Below are positions 34,328-34,344 of a DNA stretch of 34,344 bases, piece after piece. Position 1 is the stretch's first letter, and each line of letters starts with the position of its first letter. The stretch is from a virus (taxonomy: Duplodnaviria; Caudoviricetes): positions 1 to 34,344 of the IMG/VR virus record IMGVR_UViG_3300027819_000039, one strand, 5' to 3'. The position numbers were made by a program, and so were the translations under genes. Below the pieces are notes generated by a model. That model was not told where the DNA came from, did not search any database, and was given only the letters and a program-made list of their open reading frames with translations.

Positions 34328-34344
34328 GAGAATTCTCCTAGAAT

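Larger units (their letters stand above)
1..34344. mobile_element. Temperate HK97-like siphovirus genome segment (late operon, attP, int/xis, early recombination genes)
   Basis: Lambdoid gene order portal-protease-capsid-connectors-tail-TMP-lysis on +, converging on integrase and early genes on -. No host housekeeping genes seen. Confidence 0.97.

Noticed and set aside
1-34344. CRISPR array, diversity-generating retroelement, IS element, rRNA/tRNA
   Set aside because: No spaced direct-repeat array, reverse transcriptase, TR/VR pair, transposase or RNA-gene consensus was seen by eye.

Overview
The window is a contiguous piece of a GC-rich, temperate, HK97-like siphovirus genome; a proteobacterial (probably betaproteobacterial) host is inferred. 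The + strand (1-28161) is the late operon: portal end, prohead protease, major capsid, head-tail connector genes, tail genes and a lysis region. The - strand (28526-34327) carries integrase, a DUF4224 excisionase-like gene, a YqaJ exonuclease, an SSB-like gene and small early genes. Phage genes flank an apparently intact attP on both sides, so this looks like the free or excised genome form. The main observation is a block of about 7 kb between the capsid and head-tail connector genes. It encodes a Maf/MptE-like protein, two KpsS/KpsC-like proteins, two paralogous GT-B-like proteins, a GT9, DUF6165 and two SAM methyltransferases, and a GT8/CDI-like gene sits inside the connector genes. Several virion proteins (capsid, connector, head closure, distal tail, fibre) carry short Pro/Gly-rich [G/A/T]-S-P segments that look like loop insertions and could be O-glycan acceptor sites. 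Together these suggest a phage-encoded virion glycosylation system. Its first enzyme appears to be made by a -1 frameshift from the small gene after the capsid gene. Other notable items are an attP core that mimics the mutS 5' end (HTAMMQQY), a tail terminator fused to a fibre domain, a split transglutaminase-like peptidase in the lysis module, three structured intergenic RNA candidates and two HNH endonucleases. All family calls come from motif recognition by eye; no database searches were run.
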